NCBI GenBank assembly: GCA_038871515.1
Contig: JAVZHX010000001.1
Span: 248,212 to 312,211 of the forward strand
Length of the DNA: 64,000 nucleotides
Reading direction: 5' to 3'
Origin: Candidatus Micrarchaeia archaeon
GTDB lineage: Archaea > Micrarchaeota > Micrarchaeia > Burarchaeales > Fermentimicrarchaeaceae
The notes beneath the pieces were generated by a model. That model had not been told where the DNA came from and searched no databases. It saw only the letters and a program-made list of their open reading frames with translations. Shown one piece after another: positions 45,666 to 56,465 of the stretch (its first letter is position 1; each line of letters starts with the position of its first letter). A program made the translations under genes and the position numbers.

Positions 45666-47858
45666 TTATTTTATGAGTTTTTCAAGAATCTCCTTTGCTG
45701 CTTTTTTATTCAAATTCCTGTTATTATTCCCGCACTGCGGATCCAGAATGCAGGAGGGGCAACCACTTCTGCACTTGCACTTCATCAATCTTTCATACGC
45801 CATCTTTTCAACTCTCTCAAACTTTTCAAAAATTATTTTTGACAATCCAGCTCCGTGAGGAGTTGAATCGTAAACATACATCCTCCCAGCAGGATAGCTC
45901 ACCCCTCCCAACTCAGATGGATCTGCTCCAGTTAAAGCAGGCATCATCGCAATTGAAACATGCTCAACTGCATGCAACCCAGATGGAAAATCATCTACGG
46001 AAAAAACAATTTTCTCAGGAAAATCAAACCAAACTGCAAGAGTGTCAAACTCATAATGCAACGGCTCATCAAGCGGAATTCTGCTGCTTATCCTCTCTTT
46101 CAAATAATCCTTCACAACATAACCGTAAACCTCATCTGAAATGTGAACTCTACCGTATGAAAGCTCCCCTCCCAAACACTCCCTTTCTCCAAGCAACTCA
46201 GTCACTTCGGCTTCTCTGTTGCGCAGAGCAACTGTATACTCAGATGTTTCATAACTGAGCTTTCTCACAAATGCAATTTTTCTCACCAAATCCAGCTTCT
46301 CAGAAACAAACTTCTCCCCTCCATGTAAGTAGATTGCACCGGGGAATAGCTCGCTGTACGCCATCGCCTCCTCCCTTTCACCTATGAACTTCTCTCTCTC
46401 CACATCATATATCCTTATTGACGAGCCAGCCGTCCTTATGCTCATCTCCCTCACAACCCTCAGCCCTCTCCTTGTAGGAATCCAGCAACCTGCAAACTCC
46501 TTGCACAGCTCCTCAGCTTTCAGCTGAGAGAAAAGCTTCTCCCCCATTGGAAATGAGTTGATTTCGTCAATGCTTGCTGGGTAATCCCGCATCATTGAGA
46601 GAAGGTGGGGTTTTAGTATAAACTCATTCTGGGGGTTTACGTAACAGCTCTCCGGCTCCCCTTTCAAATACTCATGTGGATTTTCAAAATAATACTGGTC
46701 AAGCGGGTTGTCTCGAGCGATGAAAACAGCTGTTGCCTCCCTTCCCCTCCTTCCTGCCCTTCCAATTCTCTGCCTCACCCTTGTAACCGTTCCTGGGAAG
46801 CCAGCAAGAATTACTAAGTCAACGGCACCTATATCCATCCCAAGCTCCAAAGCAGATGTTGCGACAAGCGCATCCGTACTGCCTGACTTGAACTCCTGCT
46901 CCAACTTCCTTCTCTCCTCCCTCTCCAATCCAGCCCGGTATATTTTTATTTCATGTAAATTCGTTTCCTTTGCAACTATCCCAATTCTCTCAACAACAGA
47001 GTGGCTGTTCCCAAATATCAGCAGCTTCCTTCCTTTTCCAATAAGCTGCCTTGCAACTTTCAAGGCAAGCGTTGTATAGCTCTCCCTCCCCTCCTCTGTT
47101 AAAGGAGGGTTCAGCAGTATGTGCTTAACCGTGCTTCTTGGAGCATAGCGCGCATCCACCAAAGAGAAAGGCACCCCTGCAAGCTGCTCGGCAAACTCCA
47201 ATGCATTCCCAACAGTTGCTGAACAGCAGATGAACTGCAGTTTATTTTTGGAGTATTTCAAGTGAACTCTCTTCAACCTTTTTATTATATTTGAGGAGTG
47301 GCTTCCAAACGTTCCCGTGTATGTATGTATTTCATCAATTACAACAAACTTCAAGTAAGAAAGAAACTTTTTGAACAGATGCGAGTTAAGGAGAATGAAG
47401 TGAAGCATATCCATATTTGTTATCAAAATATGCGGTGGCTCCTTCCTTATTCTTTCCCTAATATGCGCAGATGTATCACCATCATAAACCTCGCTTTTCA
47501 CACCAAGCAGAGCAAACTCCCTAAATCTTGCTAGCTGATCCCGCGAAAGCGCTTTTGTTGGGTAGATAACAATGCTCCTCTCTCCTTTCAACGCGGACTC
47601 AATAACTGGAATCATATATATTTCAGTTTTGCCAGAGGCAGTTGGAGCAGTTACAACAACATTCTCCCCTTCTCTCACTTTTTTGATTCCGTCTGCCTGA
47701 TGCTTGTAAAACTTCTCAATTCCTCTCCCATGCAGAATATGCATTATTTCCTCTGAAACTTCAACCTCCCCGAACTTCGCAGAATCTCCTTTCTCCAGAA
47801 ACTCCTTTACTTCCCCTTCTATAAGCACGAATATATTTCGTAAGAAAGCAATAAACAA
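45666..47858 (-). CDS. DEXH-box helicase with C-terminal DUF1998 (MZB) zinc-binding domain, YprA/MrfA-like
   Basis: Walker A APTASGKT, DEIH box, helicase-C, C-terminal four-Cys cluster CKCRSGCPSC...C. Confidence 0.75.
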   Translation of the reverse strand: MFIAFLRNIFVLIEGEVKEFLEKGDSAKFGEVEVSEEIMHILHGRGIEKFYKHQADGIKKVREGENVVVTAPTASGKTEIYMIPVIESALKGERSIVIYPTKALSRDQLARFREFALLGVKSEVYDGDTSAHIRERIRKEPPHILITNMDMLHFILLNSHLFKKFLSYLKFVVIDEIHTYTGTFGSHSSNIIKRLKRVHLKYSKNKLQFICCSATVGNALEFAEQLAGVPFSLVDARYAPRSTVKHILLNPPLTEEGRESYTTLALKVARQLIGKGRKLLIFGNSHSVVERIGIVAKETNLHEIKIYRAGLEREERRKLEQEFKSGSTDALVATSALELGMDIGAVDLVILAGFPGTVTRVRQRIGRAGRRGREATAVFIARDNPLDQYYFENPHEYLKGEPESCYVNPQNEFILKPHLLSMMRDYPASIDEINSFPMGEKLFSQLKAEELCKEFAGCWIPTRRGLRVVREMSIRTAGSSIRIYDVEREKFIGEREEAMAYSELFPGAIYLHGGEKFVSEKLDLVRKIAFVRKLSYETSEYTVALRNREAEVTELLGERECLGGELSYGRVHISDEVYGYVVKDYLKERISSRIPLDEPLHYEFDTLAVWFDFPEKIVFSVDDFPSGLHAVEHVSIAMMPALTGADPSELGGVSYPAGRMYVYDSTPHGAGLSKIIFEKFERVEKMAYERLMKCKCRSGCPSCILDPQCGNNNRNLNKKAAKEILEKLIK

Positions 47859-47878
47859 GCTTCGGTTATACGGAGTTA

Positions 47879-48142
47879 TTACAAACCAGCAAAATCCTTT
47901 GAGGTTTTTCCCTTTGGAAAAACAGTTCCATTTTTTGCTGAAATTGGAAGCTGATACTCCTCAGCTAACCTGATAAGCTCACTCATATCTATGAATTTAT
48001 CAATAGAAAGCACTGGGTATGCTCCAACAGGGGAGGGAATTCTCTTAACCACAAACTCCTGAAACTGCAAAGTGCCAGAGCGCATCACCTTTATATCCAC
48101 TTTTCCTTTTTTCAACGCATCCCTTGCAATTTTCGGCAACAT
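47879..48142 (-). CDS. Hypothetical small protein (87 aa), likely co-transcribed with the aminotransferase and helicase
   Basis: Adjacent stop/start with 48143 gene; 20-nt gap to the helicase. Confidence 0.3.
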   Translation of the reverse strand: MLPKIARDALKKGKVDIKVMRSGTLQFQEFVVKRIPSPVGAYPVLSIDKFIDMSELIRLAEEYQLPISAKNGTVFPKGKTSKDFAGL

Positions 48143-49366
48143 TTAACCCCTCATCAAATTCTCAATTCCCTGAGCAACTTTCTCCAAAACTTCAATTGGT
48201 GGAAGCACCGTTGTCCTCAGGTGGCCATCCAAACCAAAACCGCTCCCTCTTGTCACCCACACATGCTCCCTTCTGAGCAACTCTGTGCAAAACTCCTTAT
48301 CGTTTTTGAATTTTGTTTTTGAAAAATCAACTCTCGGAAACAAGTAGAAAGCTCCTTTTGCTTTCTGACAGCTCACCCCATCAATTTCATTCAACCTCTT
48401 CTGCATAAACTCGGCTCTCTCCTTTATGTTTTTCACCATATACTTCAGAAACTTCTTATGTGCTTTCACATTGCTCAGCGCTTCAACAGCTGCAACCTGT
48501 GCAGGTGTGCTCGCGCATAACCTCATCGTTGCAAGGTTGTTAATTCCTTCCCTTAACTTTTTTGAACCCTCATCCTCCTCAGGTATAATCACCCACCCAA
48601 TTCTCACGCCAGTGCAACCCCAGTTCTTTGACAAACCGTTCATTATCACATGCGGCACTCCCTTTGCAACCTCCCCAATGCACGTCATCCTCTCCTTCAC
48701 AAGTATCATCTCATCATATATTTCATCTGAAATAATAAGCAAATCATTGTTTTTCGCAACCTCAACAACATCCTCCAAATTCTTTCTGCTGCACATTGAA
48801 CCTGTTGGGTTGTTTGGGTTGATTATTAAAATAAACTTCAAGTCAACTCCCTCTGCTTTTGCTTTCCTCACCTTCTCCTCCAAATCCTCCTTTGAAGGAG
48901 CCCACCCGCTCTCTTCATTTAAGCTGCTCAGCACAACTGCTCCGCCAAATAGCCTAATCATAGGTGCATAAACTGGGTAGTATGGGTTGAAAAGAACTGC
49001 CCCCTTCCCATGTTCAATGAGGGATTCCGCAAGAAATGCAACCGCCTCACTCAAACCCTGGGTGACAGATATTTTTGATGAATCAAAATCAAGGTTATAC
49101 AATCTTTTATACCTCTTTGCAATCTCTTCAAGAAGCTCAAAAATTCCAGGTGAACGTGAGTAGTAAACCTTTCCTTCCTTCAATGCTTTGCAGTATGCTT
49201 TCATTATATACTTCGCAACTCCCAAGTAAGGAACAGGGTCTCCTATGCTCGCGTTATAAATTTCCGCCCCTGTTTTCTTTATCTCCTCAGCAATTGGAAA
49301 AAGCTCCCTTATTGGGTAGTGAGCATACTCCATTCTTCCAGCAAGCGTGCTGTTTGAAAATGACAT
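48143..49366 (-). CDS. PLP-dependent aminotransferase class I/II (aspartate/alanine aminotransferase-like)
   Basis: GLSKNWGCTGVRIGWVI (PLP-Lys region SK...G.R.G). Confidence 0.85.
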   Translation of the reverse strand: MSFSNSTLAGRMEYAHYPIRELFPIAEEIKKTGAEIYNASIGDPVPYLGVAKYIMKAYCKALKEGKVYYSRSPGIFELLEEIAKRYKRLYNLDFDSSKISVTQGLSEAVAFLAESLIEHGKGAVLFNPYYPVYAPMIRLFGGAVVLSSLNEESGWAPSKEDLEEKVRKAKAEGVDLKFILIINPNNPTGSMCSRKNLEDVVEVAKNNDLLIISDEIYDEMILVKERMTCIGEVAKGVPHVIMNGLSKNWGCTGVRIGWVIIPEEDEGSKKLREGINNLATMRLCASTPAQVAAVEALSNVKAHKKFLKYMVKNIKERAEFMQKRLNEIDGVSCQKAKGAFYLFPRVDFSKTKFKNDKEFCTELLRREHVWVTRGSGFGLDGHLRTTVLPPIEVLEKVAQGIENLMRG

Positions 49367-49465
49367 TTTACCTCCGAGTTAGTTTAAGAGGGCAAATTAT
49401 TAAAAAATATCAGCTTGTATGGACAGTAATAAATATTTTCCTTGCAAATAGATAATGGGGAGTGA

Positions 49466-51382
49466 ATGGAAAAGTTTGATTACAAAACTACCGAGGAGAT
49501 TAAAGTTCCTGAGAAACTGATAGACCAAGTTATAGGACAGGATAGGGCAGTTGCGATAATAAAGAAAGCTGCGAAACAGAGGAGAAACATTCTTTTGATG
49601 GGTTCCCCTGGAACCGGAAAGTCAATGCTTGCCCAGGCGATGGCAGAGCTTATGCCAGCAGAGGAGTTAGAGGATGTGCTTGTCTACCCAAACCCAATTG
49701 ATGAAAACATGCCTCTTGTAAGAGTTGTGAAAACATACCCAAAGGATAGAAAGCTTCCCCCAGGAGCGCCAGACATTGGGGAGGGGAGGAGAATAATTGA
49801 GGAAGTTAGGATGAGGAGGGTTACTGGTGGAGGTGGTTTATCCCCATCCTTCCTCATACTCAGCATACTTGTTCTTTTACTTATTTACCTTGCATTCTCA
49901 GGAGTGATTGAGGGTGAGAATAAATGGATTATTGCGGCTGCGGTGCTCGGTTTGTTTGTTTTTGGGGCTGCGATGGTTCTTGCCTCAGGCGTTTCAAGAA
50001 GAGTTGGAGTGTTTGAAAGCACCGAGCCGAAGTTGATAGTTGATAACTCCGGGAAGAAAACTGCCCCTTTTGTTGATGCAACAGGCGCGAAAGCAGGCGC
50101 GCTTTTTGGAGACGTGAAGCACGATCCTTTGCAGTCCGGGGGGCTCGGTACTCCTCCTCATTTAAGGGTGGAAGCAGGGGCGATTCACAGAAGCAACAAA
50201 GGAGTTTTGTTCGTTGATGAAATATCTTCTCTGGGACCGAAATCGCAGCAGGAGCTTCTCACAGCAATGCAAGAGAAGAAATACCCAATAACTGGGCAGA
50301 GCGAGCTGAGCAGTGGCGCAATTGTGAAAACAGAGCCAGTTCCAGCTGACTTCGTGCTTGTTGCGGCTGGCAATCTAATTGATATTCAGAAAATGCATCC
50401 AGCGCTGCGCTCAAGGATACGCGGTTACGGTTATGAGATATATATGGACGACACAATGCCTGATAATGAGGAGAACAGATGGAAGCTTGTGAGGTTTGTT
50501 GCACAGGAAGTTAAGAAGGATGGCAAAATACCTCACTTCACAAAAGAAGCTGTAGATGAAATTATAGAGGAGGCAAGAAGGAAAGCTGGGAGAAAAAACA
50601 GGTTGAGTTTGAGGTTCAGGGAGCTTGGCGGTTTGGTGAGGGCTGCAGGAGATATTGCAAGGGAGCAAGGAGCAAAATACGTTGAACTTAAACACGTGCT
50701 TGAAGCAAAAGGAGTTGCAAGAACTCTTGAGCAGCAGGTTTCCCAGCAGGTGATTGACTTAAGGAAGGATTACAGGGTTTTTCTGAACAGAGGTTACGCA
50801 GTTGGAAAGGTGAATGGGCTTGCGGTTATGGGAGACGGTTCCTCTGGAATAATAATGCCAATAGTTGCGGAGGTTACTCCTGCTTCATCAAAAAGTGAGG
50901 GAAAGTTAATTGCAACAGGCAAGCTTGGCAAGATAGCGAAGGAGGCTGTTGAAAACGTAAGCGCGATAATAAAGAAGCACATCGGCAAAGATGTATCGCA
51001 GTATGATATTCACGTGCAGTTCCTTCAAACCTATGAGGGAGTTGAGGGGGACAGCGCCAGCATATCAATCGCGCTTGCTGTCATGTCTGCAATGGAGGGA
51101 GTTGCTGTTGACCAGAGCGTTGCAATGACTGGCTCATTAAGTGTGAGGGGTGAGGTGCTTCCAGTTGGAGGGGTGACTGCAAAGATAGAGGCAGCTATAG
51201 ATGCAGGAATGAAAAAAGTGATAATCCCAAAGGCAAATGAGGAGGATGTTTACCTTGGAAAAAGAAGGGGAAAAATAAAAATTGTCACAGCAAACAACAT
51301 AATTGATGTCCTCCAGGAATCGCTGAAGAGAGGAAGTAAAAAAGAAAAGTTGATTGAGAAGGTGAGGGGAATTATAAGCTGA
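49466..51382 (+). CDS. lonB: Archaeal membrane-bound ATP-dependent Lon protease LonB
   Basis: AAA+ Walker A GSPGTGKS, two TM helices inserted in the ATPase domain, C-terminal Lon protease domain GDSASISIA (Ser-Lys dyad). Confidence 0.9.
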   Translation: MEKFDYKTTEEIKVPEKLIDQVIGQDRAVAIIKKAAKQRRNILLMGSPGTGKSMLAQAMAELMPAEELEDVLVYPNPIDENMPLVRVVKTYPKDRKLPPGAPDIGEGRRIIEEVRMRRVTGGGGLSPSFLILSILVLLLIYLAFSGVIEGENKWIIAAAVLGLFVFGAAMVLASGVSRRVGVFESTEPKLIVDNSGKKTAPFVDATGAKAGALFGDVKHDPLQSGGLGTPPHLRVEAGAIHRSNKGVLFVDEISSLGPKSQQELLTAMQEKKYPITGQSELSSGAIVKTEPVPADFVLVAAGNLIDIQKMHPALRSRIRGYGYEIYMDDTMPDNEENRWKLVRFVAQEVKKDGKIPHFTKEAVDEIIEEARRKAGRKNRLSLRFRELGGLVRAAGDIAREQGAKYVELKHVLEAKGVARTLEQQVSQQVIDLRKDYRVFLNRGYAVGKVNGLAVMGDGSSGIIMPIVAEVTPASSKSEGKLIATGKLGKIAKEAVENVSAIIKKHIGKDVSQYDIHVQFLQTYEGVEGDSASISIALAVMSAMEGVAVDQSVAMTGSLSVRGEVLPVGGVTAKIEAAIDAGMKKVIIPKANEEDVYLGKRRGKIKIVTANNIIDVLQESLKRGSKKEKLIEKVRGIIS

Positions 51383-52603
51383 TTATTTTATAAGAACCCT
51401 GTCACCAAGCTCAGATATTCTATCAAAATCAAAATCAATTCTATGCCCAAACGGAGTTTGAACAACAATTAGACTTCTTTTCCTATCAACGCCAACTATC
51501 TTTCCGATATACGCGCCAAGCTCGGTGAGCACTTCTCTGTTTTCAAGCTTCATTGATGCAACCAAATCAATCTTTATTCTCTCCATTATTTTCAAAGAGA
51601 GGAATGCGATGACTGTTCCGAAGATGAGAACGGTTACAAAATCAGAGAAATAAACCCTTGCAAGTATCCACTGGCAGGCAACTGTGAAAACCGCCCAGAG
51701 AATGAACGTTGCAACTCCGTATAAACCATACTTCACAACTGCATACTTTCTCTTCTCATGCAGTAAATCAATTATTCTTCCAACAAGTATTAATGAAACT
51801 GCCCAGGGAAGCAGGAGAAGCATCCTCAACAAAACATAAGCACCAAGCTTCAGCATCTCTGGCGTTTCATTCAAGCGTGTCAGAAACTCCTGGTATCCAA
51901 GCGCAAATGATATGAGGGTGAGGGGTAGCGCAGAGAGGTATAATATGAAGCTTATCTTCTCAACGGAGAAGCGCAAACCTGAGAAGGAGCGCACTATCGT
52001 TTCTTCAAGCCCAAACGCAAATGCAAGCAAACCCAACCCAACAACTATTCCTGCAAGCTTCCAACCGTAGCCAAGCGCCTCGCTTATCACAAAAGTTAAT
52101 ATGAGCAAGGCAGGTATTCCAAAAATTATTCTCGCGTAGTGTGGCTCCTTTAACTTTTCAAGAAGCACAAAGTAGGTTTTCTCAAGCTCCTTTGCCTGCT
52201 TCATAACAACAAGCCTGACGGAGTCAATTTTAACTCTTGACTGAATTACTGGGATTATCTGCTCGTCGCTTGCCCCATCTGAAACGAATATGCAGGAATC
52301 TGCATGAAAGCTCCTCAACACCGAATCAAGCTGCTTTGCTATCTCCCTGTCAGCAAAATAACCCAGAGATTTATCACCTGTTAAAGTGACAATTTCCGCA
52401 TTGCTTTCCTTTGAGATTGAATCGTAAACTCTGACTGCTTCAAATATTGTGTTGGAGTCTGTTTCCTCCGGATCCTTTAAAGCAAGCTTTGTGGCTGCCT
52501 CTATGTTTGCTTCCTTCCCTATCACGGGACCGGTGATTTTTACTTTTTCGTACAAATCATTATCCCTGTCCACTGCGAGCACGAGCACTCTTTTCTTTGC
52601 CAT
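51383..52603 (-). CDS. Membrane protein with N-terminal soluble domain (DUF373-like)
   Basis: KRVLVLAVDRDNDL N-terminal region then 6-7 TM helices; start inferred at Met 52603. Confidence 0.4.
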   Translation of the reverse strand: MAKKRVLVLAVDRDNDLYEKVKITGPVIGKEANIEAATKLALKDPEETDSNTIFEAVRVYDSISKESNAEIVTLTGDKSLGYFADREIAKQLDSVLRSFHADSCIFVSDGASDEQIIPVIQSRVKIDSVRLVVMKQAKELEKTYFVLLEKLKEPHYARIIFGIPALLILTFVISEALGYGWKLAGIVVGLGLLAFAFGLEETIVRSFSGLRFSVEKISFILYLSALPLTLISFALGYQEFLTRLNETPEMLKLGAYVLLRMLLLLPWAVSLILVGRIIDLLHEKRKYAVVKYGLYGVATFILWAVFTVACQWILARVYFSDFVTVLIFGTVIAFLSLKIMERIKIDLVASMKLENREVLTELGAYIGKIVGVDRKRSLIVVQTPFGHRIDFDFDRISELGDRVLIK

Positions 52604-52722
52604 CAAACCACAAAAATGATATGGGGGAGGGGGTATTATAATATTTGCCCAAAAACTTCTTAGGGGAATAGATTTAAAAATAAGTAACAATATTAGTAGT
52701 AGGTGATTAATGAGGTGGTTGA

Positions 52723-53184
52723 ATGAGGAGAGCGCAGGCTGCAATTGAGTATTTGATTATTTTGGCAGTAGTTGTCATAATTGCCCTTATCGTCATTGGG
52801 GTGATTGGTGGTTTCCCTGGCATGACGAGGGGAATTAGCGAGAGGGATAGCGCAGCATACTGGGCGGGAGCGGATATTGGGATAACTAGGTATTATTTGT
52901 CTAAAACTGCTGCGGCAAGTCAGCTCGTAATTAGGAATAACAGGTTGTTCCAGATAAATCTCACAAGTATAAAATTTGATGGCGGTAGCAACATACTCAA
53001 TTACACAGATGGTGTTTTGATATCGCCAGGTTCCGCAGTGCTAGTTAACCTAACGGGCACCTCATGCGCGAATATTGGAGAAACAGTTACGAAGAACGTT
53101 GAGATACAATACAAGGATGCAACGTATGGAGTGACGTATACGTTCACTGGCGAGAAACCGCTTGTTGGAACCTGCCAGGACTGA
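52723..53184 (+). CDS. Type IV pilin-like protein with class III signal peptide (archaeal pilin/DUF361-like)
   Basis: MRRAQAAIEYLIILAVVVIIAL - charged start, conserved E at +5, hydrophobic helix. Confidence 0.5.
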   Translation: MRRAQAAIEYLIILAVVVIIALIVIGVIGGFPGMTRGISERDSAAYWAGADIGITRYYLSKTAAASQLVIRNNRLFQINLTSIKFDGGSNILNYTDGVLISPGSAVLVNLTGTSCANIGETVTKNVEIQYKDATYGVTYTFTGEKPLVGTCQD

Positions 53185-53268
53185 TTTCTTTTTTTAATTT
53201 TTCATTTTTAAACGAATGTATTTAAAGATTTGATGAGAAATCATTCTGCTCATTTTGAGAGTGATAGG

Positions 53269-53823
53269 ATGGAGTTTGCAACGCCAGGCAAGTTTCTTGG
53301 CACGGAGGAGGAGTTTGTTGGGGGAGATGGAGTATACAGCGAGGGAGGAAAACTTCACGCCTTCTATGCGGGAGATATAATCCTGGATAAACAAAGGAGA
53401 ATTTCAGTAAAAACAAAGTCAGTTCCAAGAATGGTGGAGCCAGGGATGATAGTTTACGGAAGAATTGAGGATATATTTGACCCAATTGCATTGGTTAAGC
53501 TTGAGCTTGTTGAGGGGGTTGGGATGAGGCAGGCTCAGGGAGATTACTTCTGCGTGCTTCACGTATCAAACGTTAAAAGAGGTTATGTTAAGGAGTTAAG
53601 GGATGAGGTGAGAATTGGGGATATAATAAAGGCAGTTGTTTGCGAGGTGAAAAGGGGAGAAGCATACCTTGATATGAGGGGTGCAGATTTGGGAGTGATA
53701 AAAGCATTCTGCAGCAACTGCAGAAACCCGCTGCGCCTGAAAGATAGGCTGCTTGTCTGCGATGCATGTGGTAATAAAGAGAGCAGAAAGCTTTCAACTG
53801 AGTACTCCCTGAGGGAGAGGTGA
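53269..53823 (+). CDS. csl4: Exosome subunit Csl4 (S1 domain plus C-terminal Zn ribbon)
   Basis: S1-like core and C-terminal CSNC...CDAC ribbon; conserved position upstream of rpoL. Confidence 0.8.
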   Translation: MEFATPGKFLGTEEEFVGGDGVYSEGGKLHAFYAGDIILDKQRRISVKTKSVPRMVEPGMIVYGRIEDIFDPIALVKLELVEGVGMRQAQGDYFCVLHVSNVKRGYVKELRDEVRIGDIIKAVVCEVKRGEAYLDMRGADLGVIKAFCSNCRNPLRLKDRLLVCDACGNKESRKLSTEYSLRER

Positions 53824-53827
53824 TTGT

Positions 53828-54094
53828 TTGAAAGTTAGAGTTTTGAAAAAGGAAAAAAACTTCATTGAGTTGGTGCTTGAGGGGGAGGAGCACAGCTTCC
53901 CAAACCTTCTGAGAGAAACGCTTCTTGAGGATGAGGATGTTGAGTTCGCTTCCTATGTTATTGACCACCCCCAGCTTGGCAACCCTCGCCTGATTGTGAG
54001 AACGAAGAAGAAAACACCTGAAGCAGCAATAAAGAACGCAGTTAAAAAAATTGAGAAGAAAGTAAGTGAGTTTGAGAAACTTTTGAAGAAATGA
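53828..54094 (+). CDS. rpoL: DNA-directed RNA polymerase subunit L (Rpb11 homolog)
   Basis: EHSFPNLLRE...FASYVIDHPQLGNPRLIVRT pattern. Confidence 0.8.
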   Translation: MKVRVLKKEKNFIELVLEGEEHSFPNLLRETLLEDEDVEFASYVIDHPQLGNPRLIVRTKKKTPEAAIKNAVKKIEKKVSEFEKLLKK

Positions 54095-54098
54095 TTAA

Positions 54099-54647
54099 AT
54101 GAAAGCTGGAGCAAGAGTGCTTGGAATTGATGACTCGCCGTTCACAGGAAAAACCACTAGAGTTCTTGTTATCGGAGTGGTTTGGAGGGAGGGAGTGATT
54201 GAGGGAGTTCTGAGCACATATATTAAAAAGGATGGGTTGGATAGCACAAAGAGGATTATTGAGATGGTAAAGAACTCTAAATTCTCCCAGCAGATAAGGT
54301 TGATTCTGCTGCACGGTGCAACGCTTGGTGGGTTCAATGTTGTTGATTTAAATGAACTGAACCGCGCGCTTTCAATTCCAGTAATTGCAGTTACAAGAAA
54401 GAAGCCGGATATGAGGAGGGTGAAAAGCGCTTTGAAAAATCTACCTTCGTGGGAGAGGAGAATAAGAATTCTTGAGTCTGCTGGCAAAGCGGTGAGATGC
54501 GGTAAGGTATACTGCCAAATTGCCGGGATAGAGGAGGGAGAGGTGAGGAAGTTGATTCTTTCTTTCAAAGGAATTCCTGAACCAGTTAGGCTTGCTCATC
54601 TAATAGGCTCTGGAGTTGTGAGAGGGGAATCTCATGGCAGAGTTTAA
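54099..54647 (+). CDS. DUF99/UPF0215 family protein
   Basis: RVLGIDDSPF...VIGVVWR N-terminus; conserved neighbour of rpoL in archaea. Confidence 0.65.
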   Translation: MKAGARVLGIDDSPFTGKTTRVLVIGVVWREGVIEGVLSTYIKKDGLDSTKRIIEMVKNSKFSQQIRLILLHGATLGGFNVVDLNELNRALSIPVIAVTRKKPDMRRVKSALKNLPSWERRIRILESAGKAVRCGKVYCQIAGIEEGEVRKLILSFKGIPEPVRLAHLIGSGVVRGESHGRV

Positions 54648-55626
54648 GAAAATTGTAAGGGAGAATGCGGGTTATTTGGTAATTGCGGCCCTTCTCATTT
54701 TATACGTGTTAACGCACCTTTCCGTCGTTGCAGTGCTGTGCGCACTGGCGATAGTTGGTTTTTTCGTTTATGAAACTGTGGAGGGAGCAAGAAAAAGGGG
54801 GTGGAAGAAGGAGCTTGAGGAGATAGTTGTTGCAGTGCTTGTTGGCGTGCTCATCTGGTTTGGAGCTGGTTTCATACTCAATACCTCCTCGCCTCTTGAC
54901 GCAGTTGTTTCTTGCAGCATGCTTCCCCACCTTGAAAGAGGCGATATGGTGGTGCTGAGAGGGAGTGAGGTAAAAGCCCCTAGCATTGAATTAACTTCTT
55001 CTGAGTGGGAGGAAGTTAAAGGGAGAATGCACACCACATTTACATGTGGCCCGTGCGTAAAGCAAGGTGATTACACCCCGTATAACTTCTCCCTCTGCAG
55101 AAGCTGTGGCAACTCCTGCCTGATAGCAATTGATGGAAAACCTGTTTTCTCAGAGCAGAACGACACTCTTTTCAGCTATAACTACGGGCTGTGCACCCTG
55201 AAAGGAAAGGAGGAAGTTTTAAATTCAGTATGCGTGCGCTCTGTTACTATAAAGGGGGAGGAGTTTGAGGAGAATTTTGGGAATGATGTGATTGTTTACG
55301 AGCCTGAGCAGAACAGCGTTTTCCAGAGTTTAACGATACACCGAGTGCTTGTGAGGGTTTCTGTGGAGAGGAAGGAATACTATCTTACAAAGGGGGATAA
55401 TAATGAAATTCTTGACGTGCAGGCACCCGGGTATGTGGTTAAAAGCGGAAATGAATGCAGGTTTTTCTCTGATTCAAGGAAGGAGAACAAGCCTGTTGAG
55501 AAGGGGAGGATACATGGAAGCGTGATTGCAAGAATTCCTTATTTGGGTTACTTGAAGCTGTTTCTGTGGGGTTACGTTGAGGTTCCACAAGGATGTGGGA
55601 CGGTTATTGAAAAACACAACGCATAA
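54634..55626 (+). CDS. Signal peptidase I (S26B/Sec11-type) with a long Cys-rich C-terminal extension
   Basis: Catalytic region VVSCSMLPHLERGDMVVL and TKGDNNEILD; insert with CGPC/CRSCGNSC. Confidence 0.65.
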   Translation: MAEFKKIVRENAGYLVIAALLILYVLTHLSVVAVLCALAIVGFFVYETVEGARKRGWKKELEEIVVAVLVGVLIWFGAGFILNTSSPLDAVVSCSMLPHLERGDMVVLRGSEVKAPSIELTSSEWEEVKGRMHTTFTCGPCVKQGDYTPYNFSLCRSCGNSCLIAIDGKPVFSEQNDTLFSYNYGLCTLKGKEEVLNSVCVRSVTIKGEEFEENFGNDVIVYEPEQNSVFQSLTIHRVLVRVSVERKEYYLTKGDNNEILDVQAPGYVVKSGNECRFFSDSRKENKPVEKGRIHGSVIARIPYLGYLKLFLWGYVEVPQGCGTVIEKHNA

Positions 55627-55655
55627 AAATGTAGAGGTGAAAACATATTCTAGAG

Positions 55656-56408
55656 GTGAAGTTGATGGTGGAGATAGAAATTGAGGATGCTAAGTATTGG
55701 AAGAGCTGTGTTGATTCAATAGTTAACCTGATTGATGAGGGGAACTTTGAAATTGATGCTGATAAAATATCACTCCGGGCGATGGATCCTTCCCAGATAG
55801 CGATGGTGTGCTTCTCCATTCCAAAAAGCGCATTCAGCAAGTACAAGGTTGCTGGAGCAACAAGGATAGGGGTTAACTTTGACAGCATGAGCAAAATTCT
55901 TTCAAGGAGCAGGGGGCAGGAGAAGCTGAGGATGAGCGTTGAGGAGAATAAATTGGTTTTGGAGTTTGTTGGGGAGGGAAAGAGGAGTTTCAAGCTTCCA
56001 CTTCTTGAGCTTCAGGAGGGAGTTCAAAAGGAGCCAAAAATAGATTTTGACTCGGTTGTTAAAATAAAAGCAGGCCAGTTCAAGGAAATACTTGGAGATG
56101 CAGCGTTGTTGAGTTCTCACGTTGTGCTTGAGGCAACTGGCAAGGGATTTTTTGTTGAGGTGCACGGTGATTCAGGAGATTTGAGGGTGGAGAGGGAGAA
56201 AACTGGTGAAGCAACTTTAAGCGTTGAGGTGAAGAAGGATTCAAGAGCGACATTCCCACTCCAATTCCTTGGTGATATGGTTAAAGCATGCCCTGATAAT
56301 GAAACTGTTTCCCTTCATTTAAAAACAAATTCACCAATAAAAGTGGAGTATAGCATTGGGGAGGCGAAGCTTGTTTACTACCTAGCTCCAAGAATAGAGA
56401 CAATCTAG
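55656..56408 (+). CDS. pcn: DNA polymerase sliding clamp PCNA
   Basis: About 245 aa, IGEAKLVYYLAPRIE C-terminus. Confidence 0.9.
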   Translation: MKLMVEIEIEDAKYWKSCVDSIVNLIDEGNFEIDADKISLRAMDPSQIAMVCFSIPKSAFSKYKVAGATRIGVNFDSMSKILSRSRGQEKLRMSVEENKLVLEFVGEGKRSFKLPLLELQEGVQKEPKIDFDSVVKIKAGQFKEILGDAALLSSHVVLEATGKGFFVEVHGDSGDLRVEREKTGEATLSVEVKKDSRATFPLQFLGDMVKACPDNETVSLHLKTNSPIKVEYSIGEAKLVYYLAPRIETI

Positions 56409-56465
56409 TTAAGAACTATTTTATATTTTAGCTGAGAAATCCATCCTACTGCAAATGCTATTTGA

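Noticed and set aside
45695-46258. 187-aa plus-strand ORF inside the helicase gene
   Set aside because: Q/L-rich antisense artefact; the minus-strand helicase has full motif complement
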